64,000 nt of DNA from Candidatus Poribacteria bacterium (GCA_963665235.2 CAXXLX010000001.1:1-64000); one strand, 5' to 3'. Shown: positions 41,001 to 52,410, counted from the first letter of the stretch. The notes: generated by a model not told the origin, from the sequence alone. Numbers and translations are program-made.

Positions 41001-42007
41001 TCCATCCACAAACCCCGGCAGTCCTCCCACCGATGGTGAAGGGAATGCCGCCAAATCGGCTTTCGCTTGCGAAATGGTTGGTCTCCGCGAAACATCCGCT
41101 CACCGCGCGGGTTACCATTAACCGTTTCTGGCAAAATATTTTTGGGACCGGTATTGTGAAGACAGCGGAGGACTTCGGCACACAGGGCACATCGCCGACA
41201 CATCCGGAACTTCTCGATTGGCTCGCAACCGAATTTGTCGCCTCCGGGTGGGATATACAAGCGATGTTGAAACTTATGTTCACCTCAGCGACATACCAAC
41301 AAGGTGCACAGATTACGTCTGAAAAGTTGGAACGGGATGCCGATAACGTGCTGCTCTCTCGCGCACCGAGATATCGCTTCGATGCCGAAATCGTCCGCGA
41401 TAACGCACTTGCGCTCAGCGGGTTGTTATACACACGTATCGGCGGACCGAGTGTCAAACCCCCGCAACCGGGTGGACTTTGGAAGGCGGTCGGGTTTACC
41501 GGCTCTAATACCGATACCTTTAGGAAAGATAGCGGTGCCGATAAGGTGTATCGTCGGAGCCTCTACACGTTCTGGAAGCGGACTGCACCGCCGCCACAGA
41601 TGAACATCTTGGACGCACCCTCACGCGAGGCATGCACAATTCGCCGTGAACGTACCAATACGCCGATGCAGGCACTCATGTTGATGAACGACCCACAGTT
41701 CGTTGAAGCAGCACGTGCTTTCGCTGAACGCACGATTAAAGAGGGTGGCAAAACACCCGAAGAGCGACTCGCTTACATCTTTGAGCTTGCAACCGCACGC
41801 GAACCGAAACCTACGGAAGCGGCAGTGCTACTTGAAACGCTCCAAGCACACGCCGAAGAATTGAAAGCAGTGCCGGAAGCCGCCAAAGAACTCATCGCGG
41901 TCGGCGAATCTAAACCGGATGAGAAATTAGATGCAGTCGAACTTGCTACATGGACGATGATTGCAAACCTAATTCTCAATCTGGACGAAGTCCTGAACAA
42001 AGGATAA
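38015..42007 (+). CDS. Planctomycete cytochrome c / PSD1 (DUF1549 + DUF1553) protein
   Basis: CYACHGPD, NPIDAFI, WLDVARYGDT, CAQCHDHKYDP, PTHPELLDWLA, RRSLY, TNTPMQAL; low-complexity insert ~39570-39990. Confidence 0.9.
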   Translation: MKNAKSTVPLTAMLVCLCVAMLGLPLTFAEHHETAQAPVDYNLDIRPILSNNCYACHGPDEKSRQAGLRLDTKTGAFSEPSGYPIITPGKPEESELYNRIISEDENYQMPPADFNKTLTPEQIEKIKRWISEGATWKEHWAFTTPVRPTLPNVKKADWVKNPIDAFILARLEKEGLKPAKAADKRTLIRRLSFDLIGLPPTLEEIHQFLQDDSPDAYEKLIDTFMKKPEYGEHLGRFWLDVARYGDTHGLHLDNYREMWPYRDWVINAFNKNTPFDQFTIEQLAGDLLPEPTLDQRVATGFNRCHVTTSEGGSIAEEYYVRYAVDRANTTATVWMGLTAGCAQCHDHKYDPITQKEYYQLYAYFNNITENAMDGNRKDSPPIVKLPTPEQKAQLAKFDEQIKDLDTQSKGPIPHIDAAQTAWENRMPRWTPIKPEVVLSQGGATLEIREDNSVVASGTNPDKEVYEVIAKLPPGKWSAVRLEGLPDKSLPGSGIGRSDNSNVVLTGFSVDIVPAANAEQELNAAKEAAQKAVEEAKAAAEAKAAAEAKAAEEAKAAAEAKAAEEAKAETDAEKTEEADAPETDAEKPAEEATPETTDEAKTEEAAPETDAEKPAEEAAPETDAEKPAEEAAPETTDEAKTEETAPETDDAETPAEEEDPWTTVPVVAAWADKEQGGDFAIANVIDDKPETGWGLESNNNRGNSRQAIFLVANPFSTEGGLLRIRLKHESQHSKHHLGRFRLAITDAPTIYPIGSKVSLANWHAAGPFTAEHGNIAFYNVYEPETKPVNTKDKFTVGSQEVTWKQQTHWKDGEVHNDIVGENSATYLYRNIASETKQKATLYLSSNDALKVWVNQTEVLASNIQRDAAPDTEKVQIQLNSGNNSLLLKVVNYSGPSGFFFRMESEAPMVTANIVDIAAVERGKRNGNQQTQLREYYRRNVSTDEGLKKLYADISDTQNKRNALNNSLTTTLVMQERTEPRGAYVLERGAYQHRGEQVHPQTPAVLPPMVKGMPPNRLSLAKWLVSAKHPLTARVTINRFWQNIFGTGIVKTAEDFGTQGTSPTHPELLDWLATEFVASGWDIQAMLKLMFTSATYQQGAQITSEKLERDADNVLLSRAPRYRFDAEIVRDNALALSGLLYTRIGGPSVKPPQPGGLWKAVGFTGSNTDTFRKDSGADKVYRRSLYTFWKRTAPPPQMNILDAPSREACTIRRERTNTPMQALMLMNDPQFVEAARAFAERTIKEGGKTPEERLAYIFELATAREPKPTEAAVLLETLQAHAEELKAVPEAAKELIAVGESKPDEKLDAVELATWTMIANLILNLDEVLNKG

Positions 42008-42016
42008 TTATACCGA

Positions 42017-42044
42017 ATGTACGCGACCGAAAGGTCGCGTACAT
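42017..42044. other. Perfect 12-bp stem GAAA-loop hairpin between the PSD1 and LRR genes
   Basis: ATGTACGCGACC-GAAA-GGTCGCGTACAT, no adjacent U-tract. Confidence 0.6.
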
Positions 42045-42069
42045 CCCTATTTTGAACGCGGTGCACCTG

Positions 42070-43230
42070 ATGAAACCCATTTACACGTTGTTCATAGTGC
42101 TCATCGTAAGTTTGCTAGCGTGTTCGTCCAATGAATATGTGACGATACCAGATGCTAACCTGGCCGCCGTAGTGCGCGAGGCACTCGATTTGGCCCCAAC
42201 TGACGCTATCCCACGGAAAAAGCTAGAGGTATTACCGCAGCTGGATGCCGACAGCAGAAACATCCGCGACCTAACAGGCCTGGAAAACGCAAAAGGGTTA
42301 GAGACCTTAGAACTCCGAGCGAATCAAATTACGGACATTAAACCGCTTGCTAAATTGACACAGCTTACCGGATTATATCTCACGAAAAATCAGGTACGGG
42401 ATATTACACCCCTCACCCGATTAACACAATTGGAAAACCTGGCACTTGGCGGTAATCAGGTCAGTGACATCAAACCTCTTACAAAATTGACGAACTTGAA
42501 GCAGTTGTGGCTCTGGGATAGTCCGATTAAGGACATCACCCCTCTCAAAGATTTGACGCAATTGACCGGGTTAAACCTTCAGAACACTCAGATTAGCGAC
42601 ATCACACCCCTTACAGCATTGACGAACCTGGAATGGTTATTACTTCATAACAATAAAATTACCGATATTACACCCCTCTCAGGATTAACGCAACTAACCG
42701 ATTTAAACCTTGGCGGGAATGAGATTCGCGACGTTGGACCTCTCTCAAACTTGACACAGTTGACAGAGTTATGGATATGGCGGAATCGAATTAGCGACCT
42801 CACCCCCATTTCTGAACTCACACGATTGACGAAGTTATGGCTCTGGGGCAATCAAATTCGGGAGCTCACCCCGCTTGTCAAAATGACACGGTTAAGGGAA
42901 TTGTCCCTCGGACGTAATCAGATTACTGACATCGAACCGCTTGCTAACTTAACACAGCTGGTAGAACTAAACCTGGGAACAAATCAAATTCGTGAAATCT
43001 CCTCGATTGCCAGGGCAACACGTGTTAGATATTTATACCTCGATAACAATCAAATCAGCGACGTAAGCACTGTTGAAAACTTTAGGCGTTTAAGACGTTT
43101 ATACGTTAGGGAAAATCCGATTTTGGATATGGAACCGCTTCGAAGGGTGTTGGAACGGCTTCCGGGTTTAGAAATAGATATTCCATCGCCATCGGGCCTT
43201 GACATTCAACCGCCGCCTACTAATCAGTAA
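42070..43230 (+). CDS. Internalin-like LRR lipoprotein
   Basis: Lipobox LLAC, IPDANL cap, 22-aa LxxLxLxxNQIxDIxPL repeats. Confidence 0.9.
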   Translation: MKPIYTLFIVLIVSLLACSSNEYVTIPDANLAAVVREALDLAPTDAIPRKKLEVLPQLDADSRNIRDLTGLENAKGLETLELRANQITDIKPLAKLTQLTGLYLTKNQVRDITPLTRLTQLENLALGGNQVSDIKPLTKLTNLKQLWLWDSPIKDITPLKDLTQLTGLNLQNTQISDITPLTALTNLEWLLLHNNKITDITPLSGLTQLTDLNLGGNEIRDVGPLSNLTQLTELWIWRNRISDLTPISELTRLTKLWLWGNQIRELTPLVKMTRLRELSLGRNQITDIEPLANLTQLVELNLGTNQIREISSIARATRVRYLYLDNNQISDVSTVENFRRLRRLYVRENPILDMEPLRRVLERLPGLEIDIPSPSGLDIQPPPTNQ

Positions 43231-43241
43231 AGCAGTTTGTT

Positions 43242-45176
43242 ATGAGAAACCTCTATCTTCTACTTGCAATACTCATCGTTTCTCTCGGTTGCACATCTAA
43301 CGCGGATGTGGTAATACCTGATGCTAACCTAGCTAGTGCTGTGCGGGAAGCACTCGGTTTAGACCCGAACGCTTCTATTCCGCAAACGGAACTGGAAAAA
43401 TTAGAGAAACTTGTTGCTGTACAAACTGACATAAAAGATTTAACTGGGCTGGAAAAGGCAAGCGGTTTGACAGATTTAAGGCTTACATCGAATCAAATTT
43501 TTGACATTACACCGCTCAGCAGATTAACCCAAATCACGATTCTGAAACTCGCGGGAAATGAAATTCACGACATCACCCCGCTCACAAAGTTAACGCAGTT
43601 GACAAAGTTATACCTTTCAAATAATCAGGTTAGCAACATCACACCCCTTGCGAACTTGAAACAGTTAGAATGGTTAGGACTTGCCGGGAATCAAATTAGT
43701 GATGTAACGCCACTTGCGAACTTGACACGGGTAACGCACTTAGGGCTTGCCGATAATGAAATCGACGACCTCACACCGCTTGCGAACTTGACACAGCTGA
43801 AATGGCTAATACTCGCGGCAAATCAAATCACGGACATAACACCCCTCACGAATCTGAAACAGGTAACATATTTAAATCTTACGGCGAATCAAATTGACGA
43901 CATAACGTCACTCAACAGCCTAACACAATTGATAGCATTAGGTCTCGGTTTTAATCGAATCAGGAACGGACAGGCACTTGAAGGATTGAAGGAGTTGCGG
44001 AGGTTGTCGCTTATGGGTAATCAGCTCAGTGACATAACACCCCTCACACATTTGCCACAGTTGACAGTTTTGTCACTACAAGAGAATTATATAAAGAACT
44101 TTGACCGAGCCGCCTTGACACAGATAAGGGTGTTATACCTTTCGAATAGCCCAAATCAAGATATGAAACCAGAATTTATACCCTATTATTTGCCACTTGA
44201 TATTCCGCCGCCAACTTCCCCAGGTGTGACGATACCGGATGCCAACTTAGCCGCCGCGGTGCATGGGAGTCTATCACCTAGCGCGGGCAGAAGTAAGCTC
44301 TATCTAACCCCCGATGATCCGGTCCCACTAGAGGAATTGCAGGAACTGGAGTATTTGTACGCCACCCACGCAAATATAAAAGACTTAACAGGATTGGAAA
44401 AAGCGACTGGGTTAAAAGTTCTACATCTTTATCGAAATCAAATTACCGACATTAAACCGCTCGAAAACTTGAAACAGCTGCAAGAGGTAGAACTTACGTA
44501 TAATCAAATTACGGATATCAAACCGCTCGAAAACTTGAAACAGCTGCCAACATTAAATCTTACGGGCAATCAAATCCGTGATATTGCACCCCTGGCAAAC
44601 TTACCGCAGTTGGAAGAATTAATCCTGTCAAACAATCAAATCACCGATATTAAATCAATTGCGAACTTGAAACAGTTGAAAAAGCTAAACCTTATACGCA
44701 ATCAGGTCAGCGACATCACACCCCTAGCAAACTTGAAACAGCTACAAGAATTAGAGCTGGGAGGTAATCAGGTCAGCGACATCACACCCCTGACAAATCT
44801 GAAACAGCTGACGGCATTATCTCTTGATAGTAATCAAATTGGCGATATTACACCCATTACTGGGTTAGCACAATTGACAACGTTGGGCCTGGGACATAAT
44901 CAGATTAACAACATATCACCGCTTGAGGGATTGACGCGGTTGAAATATTTGTCCTTGTTTGGGAATCAGATCGGTGACATCAGCCCCCTCACGAATATGA
45001 CACATTTGACGAATTTGGCACTACACTGGAATCAAATCGGTGACATCACACCGCTTGAAGGATTGACACAATTGAATTATTTATACCTTTCGGATAATCC
45101 AATTCAAGATATGGAACCGCTTGAACGACTATTAAAACGTAACCCGACCCTGCAAGTGGATCCGGTGGAAGATTGA
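43242..45176 (+). CDS. Internalin-like LRR lipoprotein with two capped LRR modules
   Basis: Lipobox-like SLGC; IPDANL cap twice. Confidence 0.9.
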   Translation: MRNLYLLLAILIVSLGCTSNADVVIPDANLASAVREALGLDPNASIPQTELEKLEKLVAVQTDIKDLTGLEKASGLTDLRLTSNQIFDITPLSRLTQITILKLAGNEIHDITPLTKLTQLTKLYLSNNQVSNITPLANLKQLEWLGLAGNQISDVTPLANLTRVTHLGLADNEIDDLTPLANLTQLKWLILAANQITDITPLTNLKQVTYLNLTANQIDDITSLNSLTQLIALGLGFNRIRNGQALEGLKELRRLSLMGNQLSDITPLTHLPQLTVLSLQENYIKNFDRAALTQIRVLYLSNSPNQDMKPEFIPYYLPLDIPPPTSPGVTIPDANLAAAVHGSLSPSAGRSKLYLTPDDPVPLEELQELEYLYATHANIKDLTGLEKATGLKVLHLYRNQITDIKPLENLKQLQEVELTYNQITDIKPLENLKQLPTLNLTGNQIRDIAPLANLPQLEELILSNNQITDIKSIANLKQLKKLNLIRNQVSDITPLANLKQLQELELGGNQVSDITPLTNLKQLTALSLDSNQIGDITPITGLAQLTTLGLGHNQINNISPLEGLTRLKYLSLFGNQIGDISPLTNMTHLTNLALHWNQIGDITPLEGLTQLNYLYLSDNPIQDMEPLERLLKRNPTLQVDPVED

Positions 45177-45249
45177 ACGTGTGGATGTTCAGCATCCGCC
45201 CTGACTGCCGAAAGCCCTTATTGCTGTCGGCTTCTTTAAGGAGAAATTT

Positions 45250-46728
45250 ATGGACCCGATTAAAGAATATTTGAAACTTGAGACCCGCCGTCAATTCTTC
45301 GGCAAATGTGCCATGGGACTCGGCGGTGCAGCCCTCGCCTCAATGTTGCCGAGTAGCGTTGTCCACGCCCTCGAACAGCAAGCCGGAACGCGGATTGGCG
45401 GATTGCCTGAACTGCCGCACTTCGCACCGAAGGCGAAACGCGCTATATACCTCTTTATGTCCGGCGCACCCTCGCAAATGGACCTGTTTGACTACAAACC
45501 GACGATGGGGGAATGGTTCGATAAAGACCTACCGGAGACGGTCCGAATGGGACAACGGCTCACTACGATGACCTCCGGGCAATCCCGTTTCCCAATTGCA
45601 CCCTCTATCTTTGAATTCAAACAGTACGACAACGGAAACGAGGGGGTGTGGCTTAGCGAATTATTACCGCATACCGCATCTATGGTAAAGGACATCGCTA
45701 TCGTCAGAAGTGTACATACCGATGCGATTAACCACGACCCGGCTATCACTTTTGTCTGCACAGGGGACGAAACCCCCGGCAAACCGAGCCTCGGCGCATG
45801 GCTCAGCTACGGGCTCGGCAGTGAAAACCGAAATCTCCCAGCATTCATCGTAATGAACGCCACTTGGAGCGGACCGAAGGGCGCGCAGGCCCTTTACAAT
45901 CGCCTCTGGGGTGCCGGTTTCCTACCCTCCGAACATCAAGGTGTGCTACTCCGCAGTCAAGGTGACCCGGTGCTATTCCTCTCAAACCCGAAAGGCATGA
46001 GTGAAAAGGCACGCAAACAGATGCTTGACTCACTAGTCAAACTCAACGAAGAACTCTACGAAGAGGTCGGCGACCCTGAAACACATGCACGTATCTCACA
46101 GTATGAGATGGCGTTCCGCATGCAAACCTCTGTCCCCGAACTCACGGACCTAAAGCAAGAGTCTGACAAAGTCAAGGAGATGTACGGGCCCGAGGTCGAC
46201 ACCCCCGGCACATTCGCGAACTGCTGTATCCTTGCACGTCGGATGATGGAGCGGGATGTTCGTCTCGTTCAAATCTTCCATCGCGGTTGGGACCAGCACG
46301 GAGACCTGCCCAAGAACATTCGGAATCAGGCGCGCGATATTGACCAACCCGCAACGGCACTCGTCCAAGACCTGAAGCAACGCGGCATGCTTGACGATAC
46401 ACTCGTTGTCTGGGGCGGTGAATTCGGACGGACGGTTTACTGCCAAGGGGCACTCAAAAAGGACAACTACGGCCGTGATCATCATCCGAAGTGCTTCACC
46501 ATGTGGATGGCTGGCGCGGGTATTAAAGGCGGTGTCGTACACGGCGAAACCGATGACTTTAGCTACAATATCGTCAAAGACCCTGTCTCTGTTCGAGACC
46601 TAAACGCAACGATTCTCAATCAATTGGGCATTGACCACGAACGGTTGACCTTTAAGTTCCAAGGGCTTGACCATCGGTTGACCGGTGTTGAGGAAAAGGC
46701 ACGGATTGTCAACGAGATTTTGGCGTAA
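45250..46728 (+). CDS. DUF1501 family protein (Tat-like signal), copy 1
   Basis: [37 protein letters not shown]. Confidence 0.9.
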   Translation: MDPIKEYLKLETRRQFFGKCAMGLGGAALASMLPSSVVHALEQQAGTRIGGLPELPHFAPKAKRAIYLFMSGAPSQMDLFDYKPTMGEWFDKDLPETVRMGQRLTTMTSGQSRFPIAPSIFEFKQYDNGNEGVWLSELLPHTASMVKDIAIVRSVHTDAINHDPAITFVCTGDETPGKPSLGAWLSYGLGSENRNLPAFIVMNATWSGPKGAQALYNRLWGAGFLPSEHQGVLLRSQGDPVLFLSNPKGMSEKARKQMLDSLVKLNEELYEEVGDPETHARISQYEMAFRMQTSVPELTDLKQESDKVKEMYGPEVDTPGTFANCCILARRMMERDVRLVQIFHRGWDQHGDLPKNIRNQARDIDQPATALVQDLKQRGMLDDTLVVWGGEFGRTVYCQGALKKDNYGRDHHPKCFTMWMAGAGIKGGVVHGETDDFSYNIVKDPVSVRDLNATILNQLGIDHERLTFKFQGLDHRLTGVEEKARIVNEILA

Positions 46729-46831
46729 CCCTTAAGTAGAGCGTATCTCATAAATCACTTGTAGGGGCGGGGTCCCCCCGCCCGATTACCTGTAGGCGAT
46801 ATCAAATAGGGTTTATTAGAGGCATAACTCG

Positions 46832-48181
46832 ATGATATATTTTTCCACCCTTTTTGTTTTTCTTATGGTTTTTATGAGTTGTTCATCCGATAAAAATGTA
46901 ACTATACCAGATGCCAGCTTAGCCGCTGTTGTGCATGATGCTCTCGACTTAGCTCCAAGCGACCCAATCCCGGAAAAGCGGTTGAAAGAATTAGAGGAAC
47001 TTTCTACTTACCAATACAACATAGAAGACTTAACGGGACTGGAAAAGGCAACAGGATTAAAGGTTTTGAGACTCTATGATAATAAAATCAGCGAGCTCGG
47101 ACCTATTGCTAATTTGACACAACTCACTACGCTCCTGCTTCCTGGCAACCCAATTAGCGATATAAGACCGATTTCTAATTTGACGCGACTAATCAATTTA
47201 GACCTTAGTGGTTGTCAAGTCCAGTGATATCAGAACCACTCACTCGGTTTGACAAAATTACAAGTACTGTCGCTTAGCAAAAATCCTATCCGAGATATTA
47301 AACCTATTTCAGAATTAAAGTCCTTAACGGACTTAGAGCTTCGGGAAAATCAGCTCACAGATATAGAACCACTTACGAGATTGACGCAGTTAGTGAAGTT
47401 ACGGCTCTGGAGAAATCAGATTACGGATATAGAACCGCTTACTAAATTGACGCAGTTAGCAGAATTGGAGCTTGATTATAATCCAATCACGGATATTACG
47501 CCACTCTCAGGAATGACACAGCTGGCGAGTTTATCGCTTAATGGAAATCAGCTCACGGATATAGAACCCCTCGCTAACTTGAAGCAGTTAGTGGGACTCT
47601 ATCTCGGTAGGAATCAAATCAACGATATTACACCGTTGGCGGGGTTGACACAATTGACACATCTAGCGTTACAGAAAAATCAAATTAACGATATAAACCC
47701 AGTTGCCAAGTTTACACAGTTAACATCGTTGCATCTACACAGAAACCGAATAAGTAGTATAGAACCCCTCGCGGGCTTGACAAAGTTAGCACGGTTAAAC
47801 CTATCGGGAAATCAGATTAGCAACATAGGGTCACTTGCTAATTTGGAGCGGTTGACACAGTTAGACCTCTCGAAAAATCAGATTAACGATATTGCCCCCC
47901 TTGCTGAATTAACAGATTTGAAAGAGTTAAGCCTTGGCGGTAATCAAATCCACGACATTTCACCGATTGCTAACGTAACAAAAGCCCATTTCTTATACCT
48001 TGAACGAAACCAAATTACTGATATCAGCATTGTTGAAAACTTTACAAACCTAAGACGTTTATTTGTTGGAGACAATCCAATTCAAGATATGGAACCACTC
48101 CAAAATCTCAGGAAACAGATTCCTGATTTGGGAGTAGATATCCCAGCACCACTTGATATTTCACCACCTGCTAATAAGTAA
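46832..48181 (+). pseudogene. Internalin-like LRR lipoprotein interrupted at ~47220-47250
   Basis: Both ORF halves are in the same frame; three apparent +1 insertions within ~30 bp create one stop. Confidence 0.8.
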
Positions 48182-48223
48182 ACGTCCCGATAACTTAAAC
48201 GAGCATAGCGAAAGGAGTTAATA

Positions 48224-49702
48224 ATGGACCCGATTAAAGAATATCTGCAACTTGAGACCCGCCGTCAATTCTTCGGCAAATGTGCCATGGGACTTGGCGG
48301 AGCAGCCCTCGCCTCAATGTTACCGAGTAGCATTGTCCACGCCCTTGAACAGCAAGCAGCACCACAAACCGGCGGGCTGCCGGGACTTCCGCATTTTGCA
48401 CCGAAAGCAAAACGCGCTATCTATCTGTTCATGTCCGGCGCACCTTCGCAAATGGATATGTTCGACTATAAACCGAAGATGGGGGAATGGTTCGATAAAG
48501 ACCTACCGGAGACGGTCCGGATGGGACAACGACTCACCACGATGACCTCCGGGCAATCCCGTTTTCCAATTGCCCCCTCTATCTTTGAATTCAAACAGTA
48601 CGACAACGGCAGCGATGGCGCGTGGATTAGCGAATTGCTCCCCCATACCGCATCCATGGTCAAAGACATCGCTATCGTCAGAAGCGTACATACCGATGCG
48701 ATTAACCACGACCCGGCTATCACTTTTGTCTGCACTGGCGATGAAACCCCCGGCAAACCGAGCCTCGGCGCATGGCTTAGCTACGGGTTAGGCACAGAAA
48801 ACAACAATCTACCCTCTTTTATTGTGATGAACGCAACGTGGACAGGCAGAAAGTCCGCACAAGCACTCTATAACCGCCTCTGGGGGGCTGGATTTTTACC
48901 CTCCGAACATCAAGGGGTGCTACTTCGTAGCCAGGGCGACCCGGTGCTATTCCTCTCAAATCCGAAAGGCATGAGCGAAAAGGCACGCAAACGGATGCTT
49001 GACTCACTGGTCAAACTCAATGAAGAACTCTACGAAGAGGTCGGCGACCCTGAGACACATGCACGTATCTCACAGTATGAGATGGCGTTCCGCATGCAGT
49101 CCTCTGTCCCCGAACTCACAGACCTGAATCAGGAGCCGGACAAAGTTAAAGAGATGTACGGACCTGATGTTAACAAACCCGGCACATTTGCACACTGCTG
49201 TATCCTTGCACGTCGGATGATGGAGCGGGATGTCCGCCTCGTTCAAATCTTTCATCGCGGTTGGGACCAGCACGGGGCATTGCCGAAAGACATCCGAAAT
49301 CAGTGCCGCGACATTGACCAACCCGCAACTGCCCTCGTCCAAGACCTAAAGCAGCGTGGTATGCTTGACGATACGCTTGTTGTCTGGGGGGGTGAATTCG
49401 GACGCACCGTTTATTGTCAAGGGGCACTCAGAAAGGATGACTATGGTCGCGACCATCATCCGAAGTGTTTCACTATGTGGATGGCTGGCGGCGGTATAAA
49501 AGGCGGTATCGTCCACGGCGAAACTGACGACTTCAGTTACAACATCATTAAAGACCCCGTCTCTGTCCGAGACCTAAACGCGACAATCCTTAATCAATTG
49601 GGCGTTGACCATGAACGGTTGACCTTTAAGTTCCAAGGGCTTGACCATCGGTTAACCGGTGTTGAAGAGAAAGCACGGATTGTCAACGAGATTTTGGCGT
49701 AA
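48224..49702 (+). CDS. DUF1501 family protein, copy 2
   Basis: 492 aa, near-identical to copy 1. Confidence 0.9.
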   Translation: MDPIKEYLQLETRRQFFGKCAMGLGGAALASMLPSSIVHALEQQAAPQTGGLPGLPHFAPKAKRAIYLFMSGAPSQMDMFDYKPKMGEWFDKDLPETVRMGQRLTTMTSGQSRFPIAPSIFEFKQYDNGSDGAWISELLPHTASMVKDIAIVRSVHTDAINHDPAITFVCTGDETPGKPSLGAWLSYGLGTENNNLPSFIVMNATWTGRKSAQALYNRLWGAGFLPSEHQGVLLRSQGDPVLFLSNPKGMSEKARKRMLDSLVKLNEELYEEVGDPETHARISQYEMAFRMQSSVPELTDLNQEPDKVKEMYGPDVNKPGTFAHCCILARRMMERDVRLVQIFHRGWDQHGALPKDIRNQCRDIDQPATALVQDLKQRGMLDDTLVVWGGEFGRTVYCQGALRKDDYGRDHHPKCFTMWMAGGGIKGGIVHGETDDFSYNIIKDPVSVRDLNATILNQLGVDHERLTFKFQGLDHRLTGVEEKARIVNEILA

Positions 49703-49747
49703 CATAATGGGCACGCTCTGTTAGCGCGCCCCAAACTTGGGAACAGT

Positions 49748-50902
49748 ATGAAAGAATTAAAAGCGGTCGTTGTCGGCGCGGGATGGTCTGCTGAAGGACA
49801 CACAAAAGCGTTTCAGCATTACGGTGTTGAAGTGCTTGCTATCTGTGCACGTAAACCGGATATTGTGCAAAAAGTCGCATCCCGTTTAGGCGTACCTGAT
49901 GCCTCAATTGATTGGCGGAAAAGTTTGTTGACGCACAAGCCGGATATTGTCGCGCTCACGACACCCGCAATTTTACGTCCAGAGGTTGTTGAATTAGCGG
50001 TAGAACTCGGATGCCACATTATCTGTGAAAAACCGTTGGCACTTGACGCGGAAGCAGCGGGACATATCTATAGACTCATCAAAGGGACAGGGCTGAAACA
50101 TGCCTTCGCCGCAACGCATCTGTACGACCCAAGTGTCGCTTACGTACGTCAACTTTTGACACAGCAGAAGGTCATCGGTGAGCTAACAGCCGTCGATACC
50201 GGTTACACCCGCCGAATTCCAGGCCCTCCATCAGATAAGGTGAAGCCATGGAATTGGATGAGTTCATTGGCACACGGAGGCGGCGCGTTGAACAATGGGC
50301 TCACACATCGGCTCGGTATGCTGGAACGTATGACAGGCATGAAAGTTATGTCAGCAGTCGGGGAGGCAAAAATCCATCCGCGGAAAGCCCCGGTCGTACC
50401 AGAAATTCGCGACTGGCGGGTGTGGCGAAGCACAATGATTACTCGCGAAGAAGCGTCAAAACTTGAATGGCGAGATTGTGATGCAGAATGGGATTACTCT
50501 GCATTCTTCAAGTTGGGACATCCAAACCCGGATACCGGCAATTCTATCCTCGCGACGATGCGAACCCACCCGGGCATCCCATCACATAGACCTACCGGCG
50601 GTTGGTTTTTCTACGGCACACAGGGTACATTGGTCGGAAGAGGCGGCCACATTCTATCGCACATCACAAAACATGTTGGCGAAGAGGTTGAGGAGATGTC
50701 TGTCCCACAAGAATTACAGGACGATTTACCACAAATCGGGGACGAAATCCAAAACAAGTGGACTGCCCTCGTTCGTGATTTCCTTGCGGATATTGAGGGT
50801 CGCCCCCACGAACCGTATTTGACATTTCAGGATGGGTGCCGTTATCAAATCGCCATTGATGCCATACGGGACAGCCGCGGTTGGGCAGAGATGTCCGATT
50901 AA
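49748..50902 (+). CDS. Gfo/Idh/MocA oxidoreductase
   Basis: VVGAG, KPDIVALTTP, CEKP. Confidence 0.88.
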   Translation: MKELKAVVVGAGWSAEGHTKAFQHYGVEVLAICARKPDIVQKVASRLGVPDASIDWRKSLLTHKPDIVALTTPAILRPEVVELAVELGCHIICEKPLALDAEAAGHIYRLIKGTGLKHAFAATHLYDPSVAYVRQLLTQQKVIGELTAVDTGYTRRIPGPPSDKVKPWNWMSSLAHGGGALNNGLTHRLGMLERMTGMKVMSAVGEAKIHPRKAPVVPEIRDWRVWRSTMITREEASKLEWRDCDAEWDYSAFFKLGHPNPDTGNSILATMRTHPGIPSHRPTGGWFFYGTQGTLVGRGGHILSHITKHVGEEVEEMSVPQELQDDLPQIGDEIQNKWTALVRDFLADIEGRPHEPYLTFQDGCRYQIAIDAIRDSRGWAEMSD

Positions 50903-51043
50903 GATTGTATTGGAGGTTAGCGTCTTTTTGTCAAAATCGCGGATTACACGGATTTCGCGGATTGGAAGATGCGTAACAATCACAGTCCTATAAACATATC
51001 GCCCCGCTGGGGCTAGGTTGTGAGGTCGTTGGGTTTTTCTCCG

Positions 51044-51142
51044 TATTCGGACTGCAAAAACAATTCCGGTGAATCTGTCGCAAGCCGTGTCTATTTCTAT
51101 ACCCTCAGCGCAGACAACTTTACCGCAACATGCAAAATTTAG
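51044..51142 (+). pseudogene. Decayed fragment of a FlgD/T9SS-like C-terminal domain
   Basis: YSDCKNNSGESVASRVYFYTLSADNFTATCKI* vs YWDGKNELGESVASGIYFYTLTAGDFSATRKML at 62114. Confidence 0.7.
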
Positions 51143-51206
51143 TAACGCATATTGATAGAACTTTTAAGGGACCCGAACACGCACCCTGAAAACCGGTATC
51201 TTCCTA

Positions 51207-51977
51207 TTGCTTCTGCTGATTGGTGCGACTTTCACCGTCAAATACCTACAAAGCGAAACGGATACACAATCCCCTATAGCAAAAGCCGAGAAACTTATCA
51301 CAACCGAAAACTATTATAAGGCAATCCTTGCCCTCAAACCCCTATTGACAAGCAACGAAAAGAGCGAGGCACAAGAACAGGCACTCTGGCTTACTCATCG
51401 GCTTGTTTCAGAAGTTATATGCCGTACCCGTTATTTCGTCAATGGTTCACTCGATAAAAAAATAGAGGACACCCTAAATCAACTCGGTGCAGATTTTGAT
51501 TATTTCGAGATGTCAGGTCCGATCTATGATATGGGTTTTCTGGACCGGTTGATAGATGAATACCCTGACAGCCCGAAGCGTCCAATAATAGAATACCTCT
51601 CCCTATTTTGGAAGCGTAGTCGGCCCAATGAAGAAGTAGCCATCGAGGCACTTCACGCTTACGTGGATAAATACGAAAAAACAGGACGTTATGAAGTCTA
51701 TAGGGCTCATCTTGACATTGCACGCCTTCATCACGGACTTTGGGCAGCACTGACATATCCTGACGAGCCTGGTCCCGGTGGGGACGTAGGTGCTGAATAC
51801 ACCAGTGGGGATGCCGCAGAAGACAAAAAACGCGCCGCCGCACACAAGGCGGAAGCACTGAAGTATTACGCGTTGTATCATCTCAATCCATACGGGCTGC
51901 CTGACGATGAAGGTTATGAACGTTTGAAGAAAAACGAACGATTCGGATGGGACTATTTGCTGATCTATGGCTGCTAA
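51207..51977 (+). CDS. Hypothetical helical (TPR-like) protein, start uncertain
   Basis: 256-aa ORF, hydrophobic N-terminus, LIDEYPDS motif. Confidence 0.55.
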   Translation: MLLLIGATFTVKYLQSETDTQSPIAKAEKLITTENYYKAILALKPLLTSNEKSEAQEQALWLTHRLVSEVICRTRYFVNGSLDKKIEDTLNQLGADFDYFEMSGPIYDMGFLDRLIDEYPDSPKRPIIEYLSLFWKRSRPNEEVAIEALHAYVDKYEKTGRYEVYRAHLDIARLHHGLWAALTYPDEPGPGGDVGAEYTSGDAAEDKKRAAAHKAEALKYYALYHLNPYGLPDDEGYERLKKNERFGWDYLLIYGC

Positions 51978-52146
51978 GTTGCCAGCCTCCTCTGTAGGAG
52001 CGTGCTGTGCACGCGATGTTTTACCGTTTCCGTTTCCTCTGTAGGAGCGTGCTGTGCACGCGATTTCCTCTAGTATTCGGGCGAGAAGTCCGTTCCCCAA
52101 GAGCGAGCTGTGCTTGCGATGTTTTACCACCGCCGCCTCCAGTATT

Positions 52147-52410
52147 TTATTGAAAATAGGCCGCGTTAATCTCTATGAAATGCTCCCACTCTTCCGGCAC
52201 ATCTTCCTCCATGAAGATAGCCTCGACGGGACATTCCGGCACACACACGTTGCAGTCAATGCATTCCTCCGGATCGATGAAGAGTTGGTTTACCGCTTCA
52301 AATTCATCAGGTTCATTATGCTGCATTGGATGAATACACTCCACCGGGCAAACATCCACACAAGCGTTGTCCTTTACATCAATGCAGGGTTCACAAATTA
52401 CGTACGTCAC
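52147..52410 (-). CDS. Dicluster ferredoxin (FdxA-like), copy 3
   Basis: CEPC..CVDVCP..CIDCNVCVPECP. Confidence 0.93.
   Translation of the reverse strand: MTYVICEPCIDVKDNACVDVCPVECIHPMQHNEPDEFEAVNQLFIDPEECIDCNVCVPECPVEAIFMEEDVPEEWEHFIEINAAYFQ

Noticed and set aside
47215-47250. Programmed readthrough/frameshift in the LRR gene
   Set aside because: Three nearby +1 insertions restoring the frame fit sequencing noise better; no slippery site.
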